The translations under genes were made by a program, and so were the position numbers. The notes under the pieces are model-generated. The model saw only the letters and a list, made by a program, of their open reading frames with translations, was not told the origin of the DNA and made no database searches. Of a stretch of DNA of 64,000 nt, positions 35,341-49,073 are shown piece after piece. The DNA is taken from NCBI GenBank assembly GCA_020891255.1, contig BQFW01000013.1, forward strand, positions 868,001-932,000, read 5' to 3'. The first letter of the stretch is position 1, and each line of letters opens with the position of its first letter. The DNA is from Entomortierella parvispora E1425. Taxonomy: Eukaryota > Fungi > Mortierellomycota.

Positions 35341-36787
35341 GACGCTCGACTCTTTGGTTATAGGGTTGAACGTGTGGATAAATGATGAAAGAAAAGAGTT
35401 GCAGTAACAATGGAAGTTTCTGTCGAGAAGAGATGAAGGTGGGTGCCGTGTACAAAAGCGGTGGGGAGAGGAAAAAAGAAAGAATGAAGGAGGTGAGATG
35501 CAGTTAGTCGATCTGTGGGACTCAGGAGAGAGAACTATGAACAAGAAGAAAAGATGAAGGAGACGGGAGGACTTGATGTGCCCTTTTATACCAAGCAACT
35601 CTTGTACCTCGACTTTTTTTTGTTTGCTCTTCGAGATGAGAGGGCAAAGACCGTTACAAGGATGATCACACCCTTTTCTGCCCAATGGCCAGACTATCGG
35701 TTGCATTGGATGGTTTCAGCAAGCAGTAAAAAGTAGCGTGCAATCCGGGCAGATAGAAACTTTGATTGGGATAGGGAACCCATTCACCGCGCTTGGATCA
35801 AGAGATTTCCTCTTCCGCTATGGTTTTCCCTGATGAACAATTGAGGACATCTGTTTATTTCTATTTAGCGGGGACCTTTCCATTGGATCACCTCCAGGGT
35901 TCTATGGCCGACTCCGGCGCCAGGTATGTTCCATCCTTCCACAGGCGGGCAGCCAAGCCAATATCAGCCAGTTTCTCAACTCTTTCACCTTTTGAGCTCC
36001 GTCTGTCCGAAAAGCAATCTTGTCATTCTCATGCTCGGTACTAACAAAACAGTCCCACACTCCGCCTTGGTCTGGCGGATTTTTTGTTTGTCCCCGCCCA
36101 ATAGTCATTTCGCGACATGGCCGTCCACTATGGTGCGATTGCGCTCTGTCCTCTCCAACCTTAATTCTGGTCAAGAGCGTGCACAGGGTACGAAGGAGGG
36201 GGGGGCGTTATCCCGGAAAAGGGTACTTGAGCACAGCACGCCAAAACACAAACAGGGTGCAGATGCCCCAAAGTGACAAAAGGGCTGTTCACAACATATG
36301 GCAACAAAATGTCAGAATGATACCATCATCCTCAAGGAACGCGTCTTTTGGAGGCCATTGGAACTCTCCGATCTAACACCTATCTTACTCTTTCCTCTCC
36401 TACTTTCCGCCGTTTTGTCCACAGGGACTCTGCTTTTTCAAAACGTTCATCGCCATGAAAGTGGTTTCGCAAGCGCGATGAGAACACACCACAACAAGAA
36501 CTGAAGGCGGGCAACGGCCATCCTCCTACTTTCTCCTTGAACGTCCAAAAAGGGGCACGAACGACCGCCAATCATTCATTCAACGAGATGGCAAGAGAAT
36601 CAATAATGACAAGGAAGGAGAAGGGGAGGGGGGTTAGGTAGGAAACAATATGATACAACTTTTTAATGAAAGTAAGGGTGCTGATGAGTAGGGTGTTCGC
36701 AAGATGCTAGGATGAAAATGCTATGTAGTATTTTTGTGTTCTTGTGTGTTTGTGTCCCAGGGCAAGAAAAAAATGGGGTTTTTTTTC

Positions 36788-39700
36788 TTACTCCTTGACC
36801 TCATCATAGACAGAGTCACCGCAGGTGCGCATGCGCTGCATCTCGAGCTCAGAGCTGTTCTCGAGGCACAAGGGCTTCATGACGTTGCGCTTGATCATCT
36901 TGTAGATCTCGGCAAAGGCAATGAAGATGAAGACGGCGGCGACGACGAAGCCCCACTCGTAGGTCAAGCCAGAGTGCTTAAAGACGTTGCGGTTCAAACC
37001 GGGGATATAAAGCATGGGGAAGACCAAGAGAACACCGACAATGATCGACAACCACAACATGCGGTTCTGGCGCAAAGTAGACAAGTTGGCGCGGGACCAG
37101 CCAGGCTCGCGAAGGGAACGGCAGTTGATAGCGTGGGCCAAGATCAACAAGGTCAAGCAAGCATAGGCGGTGGCACGGGCCTTGAAGACACCCTCGCACG
37201 CCTCAGAGTAGTGAGCATTGCACTCGCTACCCAAGTTGCCGTGGTTGAAGCCAAAGATGACGATGCAGAAGTTGGCGAACGAGAGAGCACCCATGGCAAG
37301 ACCATAAATAAAAGTATCCATGATGACCTCGAAGGAGAAGAGACCCTGCTTGGCGGAACGAGGGGGCTCACGCATGTTGGAATCACTTGGAGGCTCGAGA
37401 CCGAGACCCATGGCAGGAGGAGAAGAGGTGATCATGTTCAAGAACAAAATCTCGACGGCACTCATGGGGAAGACGGCGTTGCCATCCGAATCCTTGAAGG
37501 CCAAACCAATAATCAAGACAACAATCTCAGCCACGTTGGCAGACATGAGATGCTGGACAAACTTCTGAATGTTGGCAAACATACGACGACCCTCGGCAAC
37601 AGCCTGGACAATGGTGGCAAAGTTATCGTCCGTCAAGACAATATCGGCGGCCTGCTTGGCGACATCGGAACCAGACTGACCCATGGCAATACCGACGTTG
37701 GCAGCCTTGAGGGAAGGAGAATCATTGACACCGTCACCAGTCATGGTGGCAAAGAGATCACGGCGATGGAGGGCAGCGATCATCTTGACCTTGGTGTTAG
37801 GAGAGCAGCGGGCAACGACACGGGGCAACTCGGCCAAGGCATCAATTTCCTCCTCGGACATGGCATCGAACTGACCAGCAGTCATAATCAAAGGGTTGTT
37901 GACAACGTTGACATCCTCGGGAATGATGGCAACCTCCTTGGCAATGGCAGCAGCAGTCGAGGGATGGTCACCAGTCAACATGTGGACACGGATACCAGCC
38001 TCGTAACACTTGAGCACAGCAGGGCGAGACTCGGCACGGGGAGGATCGTAGATACCAACGAGACCCAAGAAAACCATCTCGGACTCGACCTCGTCACGGT
38101 TCAAACCGTGGACAAGATCCATACCGGGCTTGGCATGGAACTTGCGGTAGGCCAAGGTCAAGACACGGAGACCGCGCTCAGCGAGAGCGTTCATCTTCTC
38201 GGTGATCATAGCCTCGAACTCGGCACGGCCAGAACCCTTCTCACCTCCGAGGCTGAGCTCGTCATCGCCGCTGCGCCAGTAAGTGCAGCAGGGGAGGACA
38301 CGCTCGGTAGCACCCTTCATGAAGATGAGGTGCTCACTAGCGGGGGACTTGTAAAGGACAGACATACGCTTGACAGAGGAATCAAAGGGGAACTCGGCAA
38401 TCAAATCAAAGCCAGACTCGACCAAAGCGGGCTTGGACAAGCCAGCCTTGTAGGCAAGGACCTGGAGGGCAATCTCAGTGGGGTCACCAATGGCAGTCCA
38501 CTCGCCGTGGTCGGGGTTCTGGGTACGACGGAGCTCGGACATGTTGCAGAGTGAAGCAGCCTGGATAGTACGAAGGTAGTGGTTGGTGCCGGAGCCGATG
38601 GGGACCTGCTCCTCCTGGGCCAAGAACTCGCCGTTGGGGGCAGTCTCTCCCTGGCAAAAGATATCACCCTCGGGAACGAAACCGGTACCAGAGATGCGGT
38701 AGAAACCATCCTTGGGGAACCACATGCGAACAGCCACCATCTTGGATTGGGTCAAAGTACCGGTCTTGTCAGAGCAAATGTTGGTCACAGCACCGAGAGA
38801 TTCGAGGGAAGACAGACGACGGACAATGGCCTTGACTTCGGCCATACGGGAGACACCAAAGGCCATGGTCAAGGTGACGACAGCGACGAGACCCTCGGGA
38901 ATAATAGCAATGGCGACAGAAATGGCATAGATGGCAGTCTCGTTGGAGTACTTGAAACCGTGGACGGCAAAGACAATCAAGACCAGGATCAAGGCAGCCA
39001 GGAAGACAAAGTAGGCCATACGGTTCAAACGCTTCTGGAGAGGAGTCTGCTCGTTGGCGTCAACGTTCATCAAGGTGGTGGCGATCTTTCCAATCTGAGT
39101 CTTCATACCGGTGTTGGTGACGATACCCTTGGCACGGCCCTTGACGACAGTGGTCGAGGCAAAGACCATGTTCAAACGATCACCCAAGGCCTCATCGGCC
39201 TTCTCAATGTGCTCCAAATTCTTCTGGACGGGGAGGGACTCTCCAGTCAACAAGGCCTCGTCGGTCTCGAGGTTGAAGACCTCAAAGAGACGGCAGTCGG
39301 CTCCGACAACATCACCATCCTCAAAGATCATCACATCGCCGGGAACGGCCTGGTTGTTGGGAATCGTCACACGGGCCTCATCACGAATGACCTGGGCAGT
39401 AGGGGAAGACATGTTACGGAGAGCCTCCATGGTCTGCTCGGCGTTGAACTCTTGCCAGAAACCAATAGCGGCGTTCATAACAATAATAAACAGAATAACT
39501 CCTCCCTCAGCGAAATCCTTGGTAGCGAAAGCAAGAGCCTGCGCAAAAAGGATGAGGAATGAAGGATTAATAGCTGATACTTGACAGTTGTGGGGGAATG
39601 AGATCAAGAGCAAAGAAAAGAGAAGAGGGCTGTCATATGTACCGTGGCGATCAAGAGAATGACGACGAGAGCGTTGGCGACCTGGCGCCAAAGGACTTTG

Positions 39701-39879
39701 TACCATTTGACACCACCGTCTCCCTGGAGCTCGTTGCTGCCATACTGCTTCAAGCGAAGGGCAGCCTCGGCAGAGGAAAGACCCTGGATAGAGCTGGTGG
39801 CGTAGTGCTCTTCAGTCTGTGCGACCGAGAAGGTGTGGAAGGGCGTCTCGGGTTCGAGATCGACGACTTGTTTACCCAT
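36788..39879 (-). CDS. ENA1: P-type IID Na+/K+ efflux ATPase (ENA/Cta3-like), about 995 aa
   Basis: Exons 39879-39643 and 39538-36788. Motifs include LTGES, IIPEGLVAVVTLTM, ICSDKTGTLT, KGATE, MLTGDH and TGDGVNDSPSL. Family is clear, but orthology to a specific ENA paralogue is not established. Confidence 0.93.
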
Positions 39880-41280
39880 GACAGCGTAGAAGAGTGGTTG
39901 GTTCTTTTTTTTTCAATATGGGAGGGACAATGTGAGAAAAAAAAATGAGTAAAAAAAAAGAGTGTGGGTGACAACTGCTTTTTTTTTTAGTGAGAAAGAG
40001 TGGGGGATGGAAGGGAGCGGGTGGATGTAGACAAGGAGGAAAGGAAAGAAAAGAAGAAAAAAACAAGAGGTGAGGAGGAGGGGAGGGTATTTATTTGCTG
40101 AGTAGAACCAGAGGCCTCAGCGCGTTTCTATGGAGGGTAGCAGGATAAAAAAAGAAGGGCGGAAATCCAAGAAGAGAGCCGACGGGCAGATCCAGGGTCA
40201 GAGTGACATACGAGAGAGAGAGAGAGAGACTAGTCCTCGGCCAAGTCTCTCTTCCAGGAACAAAAAGAAAGACCGTGGGGGCCCTTTTGGCCCGCGCAAC
40301 CGAGCGAGCGAGTCGCTGGGAATGAAAAGCACCGAAATGAATCGAGCGCACAATGAGCCAACAAATCGGTACGGCTACGTACACGCATGCCGACTGTCCG
40401 TACGTGGGCCATGTCTCTCTTTTCCTTCCCGCCGTTCGATTCCATCGTTTCTTCTGGCGTGTCTTGGTCCATCGAGTGCCTCCTCGAATCGCAGGCCGGG
40501 GCCGGGCGGCGTGCGCACATGTACCTTTTCTCGCTTACTCTTTCTCCCTTTTTCGATTCTCATCATCATCGTAAAACACGCACGACTTGTGCTTCACAAA
40601 CAAAACAAATTGATCGATGGGCGGGGGCTGGACTACATGCCGTGCGCAACAAGAGATTGGCATCGCTATATGTAGGGTTCAGAAAGAAAAAAATCGACTC
40701 GGTTTCATGTTGCTCCGGAAGAGTCCAGGGACGATCGTCTCCTTCCCTTTGGGTTCACAACCACTGTCGCCATCGACTCTTCAATTTGTCTGTACTCTGG
40801 ACTTTCCGACAGATCTCAAATCTCAGTTGCAGATTTCCCATGAAGCCCCTCTTTGGAGGGAAAGCAGGGGCAAGATCTCCCTCCTCTTCTATTTTGTTTT
40901 GAGTGTCTGCTGGACATTCCTGGGAATGTTCACGGTGAGGTCCTCTGGCCAATGGTACTCGACACAGCACAATTTGACTTTGATTGTCACACAGACTCAG
41001 TCAGTCGAATCTTCCCTTCCTCCTCTTCATCATCATCCTTCTTTGAAGTCTGGTCGCGTGAGGACCCATCGTTGTTCCGCTCTTCCGCCCACTCCCTCAT
41101 CTTCACTCTGGTCTGGCTCTTCCATCCTTGCTCCTCTGTCCAACTTAAAAAAGGCAATGATGATGCTCCTCCTACTGTCGGCGTGGGAGAATAAATGATT
41201 CAAACATTGACTTCAATTGGGCGAGCGACATTGATTGTAAAGTTTTTTTTTCTTTTTTAATGCTTCTTTGAATGCAAAGA

Positions 41281-43618
41281 TTACACACGGAGTGGCGTGG
41301 GGGAATGCACCTGATTCGAAGAATCAGATATGGTCCGAACATGGGAATGCAGACGAGAACGTCCATGTGCCGCACCAGCGGCCATAACAGGCGGAGCCAT
41401 GGCAGGGGTTACAGGTAATTCGCCCGCTTCTGTCTGATCGTTGCTACTGCTGTTGCTACTATGACTGCTGGTGCTTTTAGTGCTGTTGCGGGCCCTCACA
41501 GATGAGCGTTCTGGACTAGCAGCACGGCTGCCATTGCGGCTTGCATTCCGACTGTTGGATTCCTCTTCCGACTCTGCATAGGTCGGCAAATGGATCCTGG
41601 CCGTGAGCATCGCTCTCAGCAGATCCTCATCCTCATTCAAACGAGACCGCTCCAACAGATCCCGCTCGGAATCGACTGGCACCCTTGGGGTCGTGAACGA
41701 GGTCAAGTACGAAGGCAGTCCATGTCCATCAATGCCCCCATCCTCCTCATCCTCTGACGAGGGCGAGACTTGATCCTCCATGGCCAACACCTTGAGCTCC
41801 ACTTCACTCTCAGCCCTGAAGCGTTTGTTGGCTCCTGCCCCTTCAGTGCCCAAGATGGTAAATCGCAAGAGATGACTGACCTTCATCAATCCATTGTCCG
41901 CCGAGGGGTTGCATTGGCTCATCTCGGTTCCCATCGGGGGCATGTCGAACAACAGGACCTTGTTCCAGGTCACAGAGTCGCTCTCCAGTGTGTTTCCATG
42001 ACGATCCACATGCGGCCAGCCTTCACTCTTTTGAATCTTGATCAGCCGCATGTCCACCCTGCGCCTGTCGTCTGCTCGGTACACTACTTTTTCCCACAGA
42101 CCGACTTGGAGCACATTGACTGTGGTGAGATGGTTGGGAGAGGTGATCGAGACCTGAAGGGGCACCTTGGTGGAGTGGGGCACCCGGACCTGGGGCAGCG
42201 TGATCTTGTATTTGATCCTGTCCTCGGGTGCATTCACCACACGCCCGCCTCGTTGGTACCGACGGGATCCGGCTCCATTGGCCGAATATTGGCGCAAGAT
42301 TTGGACGGGTGCGGTGGCGTTGGAAGAAGTGAACGTCAGACCGGGCTTGATCAGCGTGGCGGAGAGTCTGTAGGCAACTTTGCCGTGGGTGGTGGTCAAG
42401 GATTCGGGCAAAGAGTCGGGCAATTCGAGCGAGAACGGGTAGGCATGTTGACCGGCCAGCAGTTGCGTCGGGGGCTGCTTGGGCTGATGCGAGATCAAGG
42501 ACCAGGTATGTTCGATGTGCGGTGCGGTGGTGTGGCGGGTGGCTGGAGAGTAGGCGTTGTCTACTTGGCACGTTTTTTTTTTTTTGAATTGAATTGAATT
42601 GAATTGGTCACGGGAGAAACAAAAAAGAAATAGAAGCCATGTGGTGTCAGTTTGGGGAAACCACGTTTCTTTCTGAAGAACAGACCCTGTGGACAACAAA
42701 AGAGATAAACGACAGGACAGGCTTACCATCCACCCAGGTTACCGACGATCGGCCCGAGAACTCGAGCTGCAGAGACTTGACCTTGGTGTTGTTCTTCAAG
42801 TTCAAGTACAACGTTCCTTCCAGCTTGGTCGTGCTTCCTTCAATCAGGACAACCTGACTCTTTGCCAGCTCGATTCTCAGCGTCTTGACATGCGGTAAAA
42901 TGTGGTGCTCTCCATGTGCCAACGAAGAGTTGGCAAAGAACGAGAAGGGCGAGGACATGTGGTGATGATCCGTCCTGCTGAAATGGTGGCTCGCATGGGG
43001 GGCTGGAGCGGTAAAGATACTGGTGGTCGAAGAAGAAAAAGTAGGGGTGAAATGAACTCGCTCACGGCATGGCGATTCTGGCTCAAGGTCTGTTGCGTCC
43101 TGTCGAGCCTCATAAATAGCCGCCGCCTCTGCCTCTGCCTCTGCTACTGCAACAGCTCGGATATTCCGTTCTGCTTCACGCTGGGCGTCCTCGTCCGTTC
43201 CTGAACGGGACCCTGATGCCCGGAGTCCTGCTGCTGTGAACGAGTTGGACAGCGGATGGGGGTTCACGATCAATGTTGTCGTGGTCGTACTAGGGGGTGT
43301 TGGTGAGGTGGGTCGACTGATCTCGCTGAACCCTGGTGGGGGAGCGTGATGAATATCCTCAAAGCTGTCTTCGTCCACGACCACGATCTCGGAATGATGG
43401 GAGACCATATCCGCGTGGGTATCACATGGTGCAGGTGTGGTGCACTCGGCTCTGAACGCCGGGGGCAATTGATCGACTGAAGACGTTGAAGACGAGGCAG
43501 AGAGGGCGATATCTTCGGGCGAGGAAGGAAGAGGCGAGTCAGGCGGTGAGGATTGGGTATAACCGCTGTTGTACACTGAATTATCCATAGATGGAACCTG
43601 CTGTGTTGCTGTTGACAT
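41281..43618 (-). CDS. Alpha-arrestin (ART-family ubiquitin-ligase adaptor)
   Basis: Exons 43618-42727 and 42560-41281. Arrestin-N elements include LEGTLYLNL..KVKSLQLEFSGRSSVTW and GQHAYPFSLELPDSLPESL..HGKVAYRLSATL. An arrestin-C region follows, then C-terminal PY-like motifs LPSY and LPTY. Confidence 0.88.
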
Positions 43619-45298
43619 TATTATTTGTTTGTTTGTGGGGCGCGTGAAAATACCAGGCGCAGGAGCAACTGTACAAGGGGGAAAGCAAGAATGAAAGAAG
43701 CGGGGAGAATGAAAGGGAGAAAAAGAACAAGGGAGGCCAAGCGATAACAACAAGAGGAGAACGAACGAAAAGACAAGACGAATGAAAGTCAGAGGCCAGT
43801 TGAGTTTGCGGGTGAAGGGAAGGAAAAATAATATTTTGAAAAATAGAAAGAAAAAGTGGGAAAAGAGCCACGGGCCAGGAGGTATTTATGGGGATCGGGC
43901 CATATCCATGCAAAAGAAGAATGTTTTCTTTCTTGTGCAATTGATTCTTTCGTATTCGTTCACGGCCCCTCGAAGGAGATGCACATCTTCATGACTGCAT
44001 GACCACTGATCGACTCGCTCGGATAAAGACAGTAGCCATCTCGATCCTCATTGGCCCATAGAGACCACTTTGACCTTGCCATCCAAGACATCCTTGATAC
44101 TTCCACTTCCCTTCTCTTTTTGCCCCCTCTCGGGGTTCATTCATCCGCCCGTTGAACGTTGACGATTATCTTTCTCAATCCAGGTGGACACTCCCATGAA
44201 ATCTGGAACCCCGGAAAGAAACACCATCAGAAACCGCCCTCGCCCTCCCTGCGCGACTATGATCAAGTGAACCAAGCGTCAAGTGAACCAAGCATCAAGG
44301 TCTCCAGAGCAACACCTCGATGACCTTTTTCTTTCCTCTCTCTCTCTTTCTCTTTCTTTCTCTCCCTTTTTCCTCGCTACTTTGTTGGCAAGCTTGAACA
44401 ACAACAACAACATCAAAGAGAATAAGAGAAATCAAGGCTTTTCGGATGTCCCAAAAGATCGAGTGTGCTTTGATCGGCGTTGTCATCATACCGCCTGTCG
44501 CACAAAACTGGGCAAGGTGGATTCAAAAAGGGGACATCAAAAAAAAAAAAAACTCTTGCGGTTCTGACACACACTCTTGCAATGGGTGGACTTTTGGCCG
44601 AGAAACATGTTGGCTCCTACCATGATTCAGAAGGACAGAGAGAGAAAAAAGAGAGAGAGAGAGACAGAATGCACTGGCGATGCATCCTCGGAGAAGGAAT
44701 ATTGCTGTTGCATAGAGCTCAAAACATGCAAAGAACAATCTAGTCCAGCGGACCCTGGGGTGGCACCAAAACAAACAAAACAAAGGGTGAGGGAAGAGCG
44801 GGTGCAGGTTGGGCGAAGTGCTTTCCAGTCGTTCACGCGCCCGTACCTCTGACTCAACGTTTTTGCCTCTGCGCACGTTGTCAAAAATCCTACTTTGGAC
44901 ATTGTGCCGAAGTATCCTTTTTTCTTTTTCCTTGCATTTTTCTTTGAGAGCTAACAGAGAGGGAAGGGAGTCATGACGAAGAGGTACATGCACCCCTTGG
45001 GCGAAATACCATCTCAGGGGCCAAGCGGGGTACGAACGTAAATCACCCATTCAAGTCCGCAGATGGCCTCATCCCGAATTATTTTCGGTCAGGACCCAGA
45101 ATCCAAAATTAAAAAAGTGGGTCCAAAAAAAAAGTGGGTCAAGGTGGGTTTGTCATGAAAATAGGGTGGAGCGTTCACGTTCCTGGGTTGCTTTGTCCTT
45201 CATCTTCCGTCTTTCCGTGGATCACCATGGTCTGTAGTGTAGTTCTAAATAGCGCGAATAAATATATTTCTTGCAATGGATGCCTATGACTAGTGCTC

Positions 45299-47334
45299 CT
45301 AGCTCAAATCCAACCCTGTGCCGTCAATCAAGTGTCGAATCATGACCAAACTGTTGAAGGGCTGGTCCATGGGCGTATAGTGACCTCCGCCCCACATGAC
45401 AATCCGGGTCAGTCCACTTCCATCATCACCACCAGAAGCCTCTGCCTCTACGTCCTTCTCTTTTGTTTCCACCTCCTTCTTTGTCACGCCTCCGGCTGGT
45501 GCGCTGTTCACATACCCAGCCACGAATCCATTCACCTTCCAAATCCTTCTCTTTGATTTCAAGAACGCGTCCTTTCCTTCCCAATCCAAGCCCTCGATCC
45601 ACGGTGTCGATCCAGCTGGTGGGTCCCTGACATCAAACATGCCCTGATAGGCCAACACCTTGACTTTGTTCTTCAAAAGATCTCCCACCAAGGGCTTGGT
45701 GCTCCTCATGATATCGCCTCGCATTGCCTGCTTGACCTGAGGATCCGTCTTGAACTTTGTTTGTTCTCTGCCTTTCTCGATCGCCTGAATTTGTTGATTT
45801 GAGAACCGACTTGGGTTGTTTTTCATATAGGAAGTGCGAGGGCCGTAAATGTTCAAGCTGTCCTTGGTTTTGGGCAAGTTCAAAAACTGATCCATAAGAC
45901 GCCAGTTCATGGGGTGCGATCCTTTCCGGATATCAAACGTGTTGAGCTCGGTCGCATTTCGGAACATGTTGAAGATCTTGCCACGGTATCTGTTCGCTTC
46001 CAGGAACTGTCCCTTTTCCACCAAGGAGACGGCCGAGCGCTGATGTTCTTTCATCAACTTCCATTCGTCCGAGGTCAAGAGGCCCAGGTAATAGGCTTGG
46101 TCGGCATAGTACTGGATCTGAGTGATGGGGTCCGTCATGGAGTTTCCGAGCGAGAGGCCTTTGATGGGGATCACGGCCTTTTTGGGTGTCGGAAACGCGG
46201 ATGTGGCAACTGGGGACGGGTCCTCCTCGGCAAGGTCCTTTTGACTGTAGCGTTTGTTTCTCTCCATGATAGCATGGGCGATCGAGGGCACGAATTTTCC
46301 GGCGTAACTTTGTCCTGCAATGTAGAGATCCGCCTTGAGTTGTTCTGGATACCGCTCATAAAACTGATCCAGTACAAAGAGCATGTCCTGGACGACTCCG
46401 GCCTCGTCCTTCACAAATCCGCCCTCTGTAAAGCTAGACGAGTTTTGCTGTTGACGGTCCTGTTTACTGGCCAGAGATTTGGCATAGAACGACTGGTCAG
46501 GCGGGAGGCTGGAGAAGAATGCCGATTCACGCTCCTGATCCTTTTCTAATTCTCTATCCAGATCATCTTTGGAGCGCGTTTCCTTCTCGTCTTCATCGTC
46601 GTCGCCATCGTCGTCATTGTCCTTATTTTTGGAACCCTTCTTCTTCTTCTGTGCATCGCCATTGTCCACGAAACTGAATCCTGTGCCCACGGGCTGATCA
46701 ACAAAGAGCATCGAATATTCCTCCGCCCAGGTGTTGTTGTTCCGGGCCAGCTTCATGTTGTCCGTCATCTTGATCGGTCCGTTTTCGTAAAAAAGTCCAA
46801 TCATTGAGCTACTTCCAGGACCTCCCTGGAGCCATCTTTATATTTGAAAAAAGAGCAACAAAAGCCGTTAGGGCACTCTTTATGTAAAAAGCATCACCCT
46901 CCTCCAGTCTCCAATGCAAACTTACATGATCAAAGGTGGGTTTTTGACCTTGGGCTTGATGGCAGGAAAAAACCAGTAGAATCTAGTACGATCAAGCAGA
47001 TGAGAGACTTGGCATCAGAACAACCACAGCAATAACCCAAAAGCGCGCGCACGAGAAAGACTCGGTCCTCATCTTACGTGCGGGCATCGCCCATCTTGCC
47101 GTCTTTTAGTTTCCACTCTCGGGTTTGAAGATGACCCGCGTAGCTCTCCTGAATGGGCGTCTGCCCCTTATCCCATGGCAAGGGTCCAACGCGTTGTTCT
47201 TGTCGATCGTATGTCATCGCCGCTACCCCTGCGTGAGCGGCCGATGTCAAGAGAATAAACGACGGGGGCGAGGAGAATGAGGAGGCCAGGAGAAGGGACA
47301 GTGGCAGCGCACTGAGGATCGTCCTGCACATCAT
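45299..47334 (-). CDS. Secreted serine carboxypeptidase, family S10
   Basis: Exons 47334-47078, 46982-46926 and 46835-45299. Signal peptide, [50 protein letters not shown], catalytic Ser motif GQSYAGKF and His motif GGHYTPMDQP. Confidence 0.92.
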
Positions 47335-48974
47335 TTGGATCCGGCAAAGGGCGGACGTGCGTGGATTGAAGTTTGTGAAAGAGAAGAAAGAGAAACAAAG
47401 AGGAAGGCGAGAGACCAGAGAGATCGGGGCAGAACTGAGGACGACAGATCGCATGGAAGCGAAACAATAAAAAAAAAAATGGTCTCTCGTGTTTTTGGTG
47501 GCGATGAGCGTCGTTCTGATCCATCCACATGTCAGCCTCTCGTCACTGAATTTCGGCACATTGGTCGTGATGCTGTTCGCACAACAGACATCCATCTCTC
47601 TCCCTCCCTCCCTCCATTTCTCTCCCTTCCTCCCTCCCTCTCCCTCTCTCTCTTCCCTCGACAACGAGGGAAAAAGTGTGCTGCGTGCTGATCTCGAGCA
47701 GGGACAGGGTGGTGATGGGCAAGAGACACACAGGCGCAGCTCTTTCTTCCCTCTTTCTCGCCCTTTGCACTGCACCCTTGGCCGTGTTTGCCAATAAAAG
47801 AGGCTCACGGCCGCTACTATTATTCAACAATTGCCCCTCAGTAAAGCTATATAGTTCCTCTGGGTGGACGTCTTAATCAGACGGCTGTCAAATATCTCGT
47901 ACCTGGATAACAGAGTTTCAACAGCACGGAGCTCCACATGTCCACTTCGTGCTATGGACAAAACTTTTCAGTGGACGAGCCTATGTAGAAAAACAACAGC
48001 GACGCTAGCCAAGTTGTGGTTAGCAGTGAGCGACCATGCCCCTGAAGTAAGAATGACTGGTCGCAACGTGAAAAGTCCTGCAGCGACAACATGACCGTCC
48101 CAGGGAGCAGCGACTGCTTGACTTGGAGGTCCGATCGGATAACCGCTTTGTGAAGGAGACAATGACAGACAGTTGGACACCACCTCACCCTCAGTAGTCT
48201 AGCAAAGAACATCCACGATCTTGAATTGCTTGGCATCGAAACTCAAACTCCCTTGTTGCTATGGACGGAATCCAAGTTGGAGTTCTGTCGCGTAGTGCCG
48301 TCTACGCTACCCAGAACACCTAATCTGCAGACGAGGACTCGCTGCTTCTACGACGGCCTGGAGGGTACTGGACCTCAATGGCCCAACTCAAGAGTGGGGT
48401 TACGCAGAGACCTCGCCGCGCCTCGAGCTTCCCATCGAACTTTTATATCCCGTTGTCGACAGCATTTTTTCACCGTCTGTTGTCGGGTATTGCTCAAAAA
48501 CGAGACGGTGCCACTGCGAGAGGATGAAGAGTCGTCCATTCATCCAACAATTGTGCAGCTTAGGCCAGCCCGACTCTATTGTTGGTTGGTCTTGTCACTG
48601 ATCATCTCTCCCTGTCTGACACTGCTGCATGCCCGAGTGTCAACAATGGGTCGCATCCCGTTCGCAGTTGATTGCCGCACGTTCCAAAAGAATCCGGAAA
48701 AAAATCTAGAATTTCATCAATTGTTGTTCGTTGCAAAGTTTCCCTTCTTTATGTATTTCTGGTTGTGCTGTCGTATAACTGAGAGTATCGTTATATTATT
48801 GCGATGGAAACCTTGGTTACAATTGAAACAAATCCTTAAGCCACGATAGAGGGAGCTATGATCAAAGGATTTCGTCTTGGGGTGATTGCTAACAAGCCGC
48901 CTTGAATAGATATAAGATGGACAAACTCAGTGAACTCGGTACAACTGAACTGAAGTCGCAACCTGCATTCAATA

Positions 48975-49005
<31 letters not shown>

Positions 49006-49073
49006 TGACATGGAATAAAGCGAAAACATACAGTCCAGACTCCGCCAGTATACCAGCCCTGGGAGTGACCAAC

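Noticed and set aside
48226-48849. 207-aa plus-strand ORF, with an F-box-like snippet (LELPIELLYPVVDSI) in another frame at about 48423
   Set aside because: The start is non-ATG, there is no codon bias or recognisable domain, and the snippet is too short to support a call.
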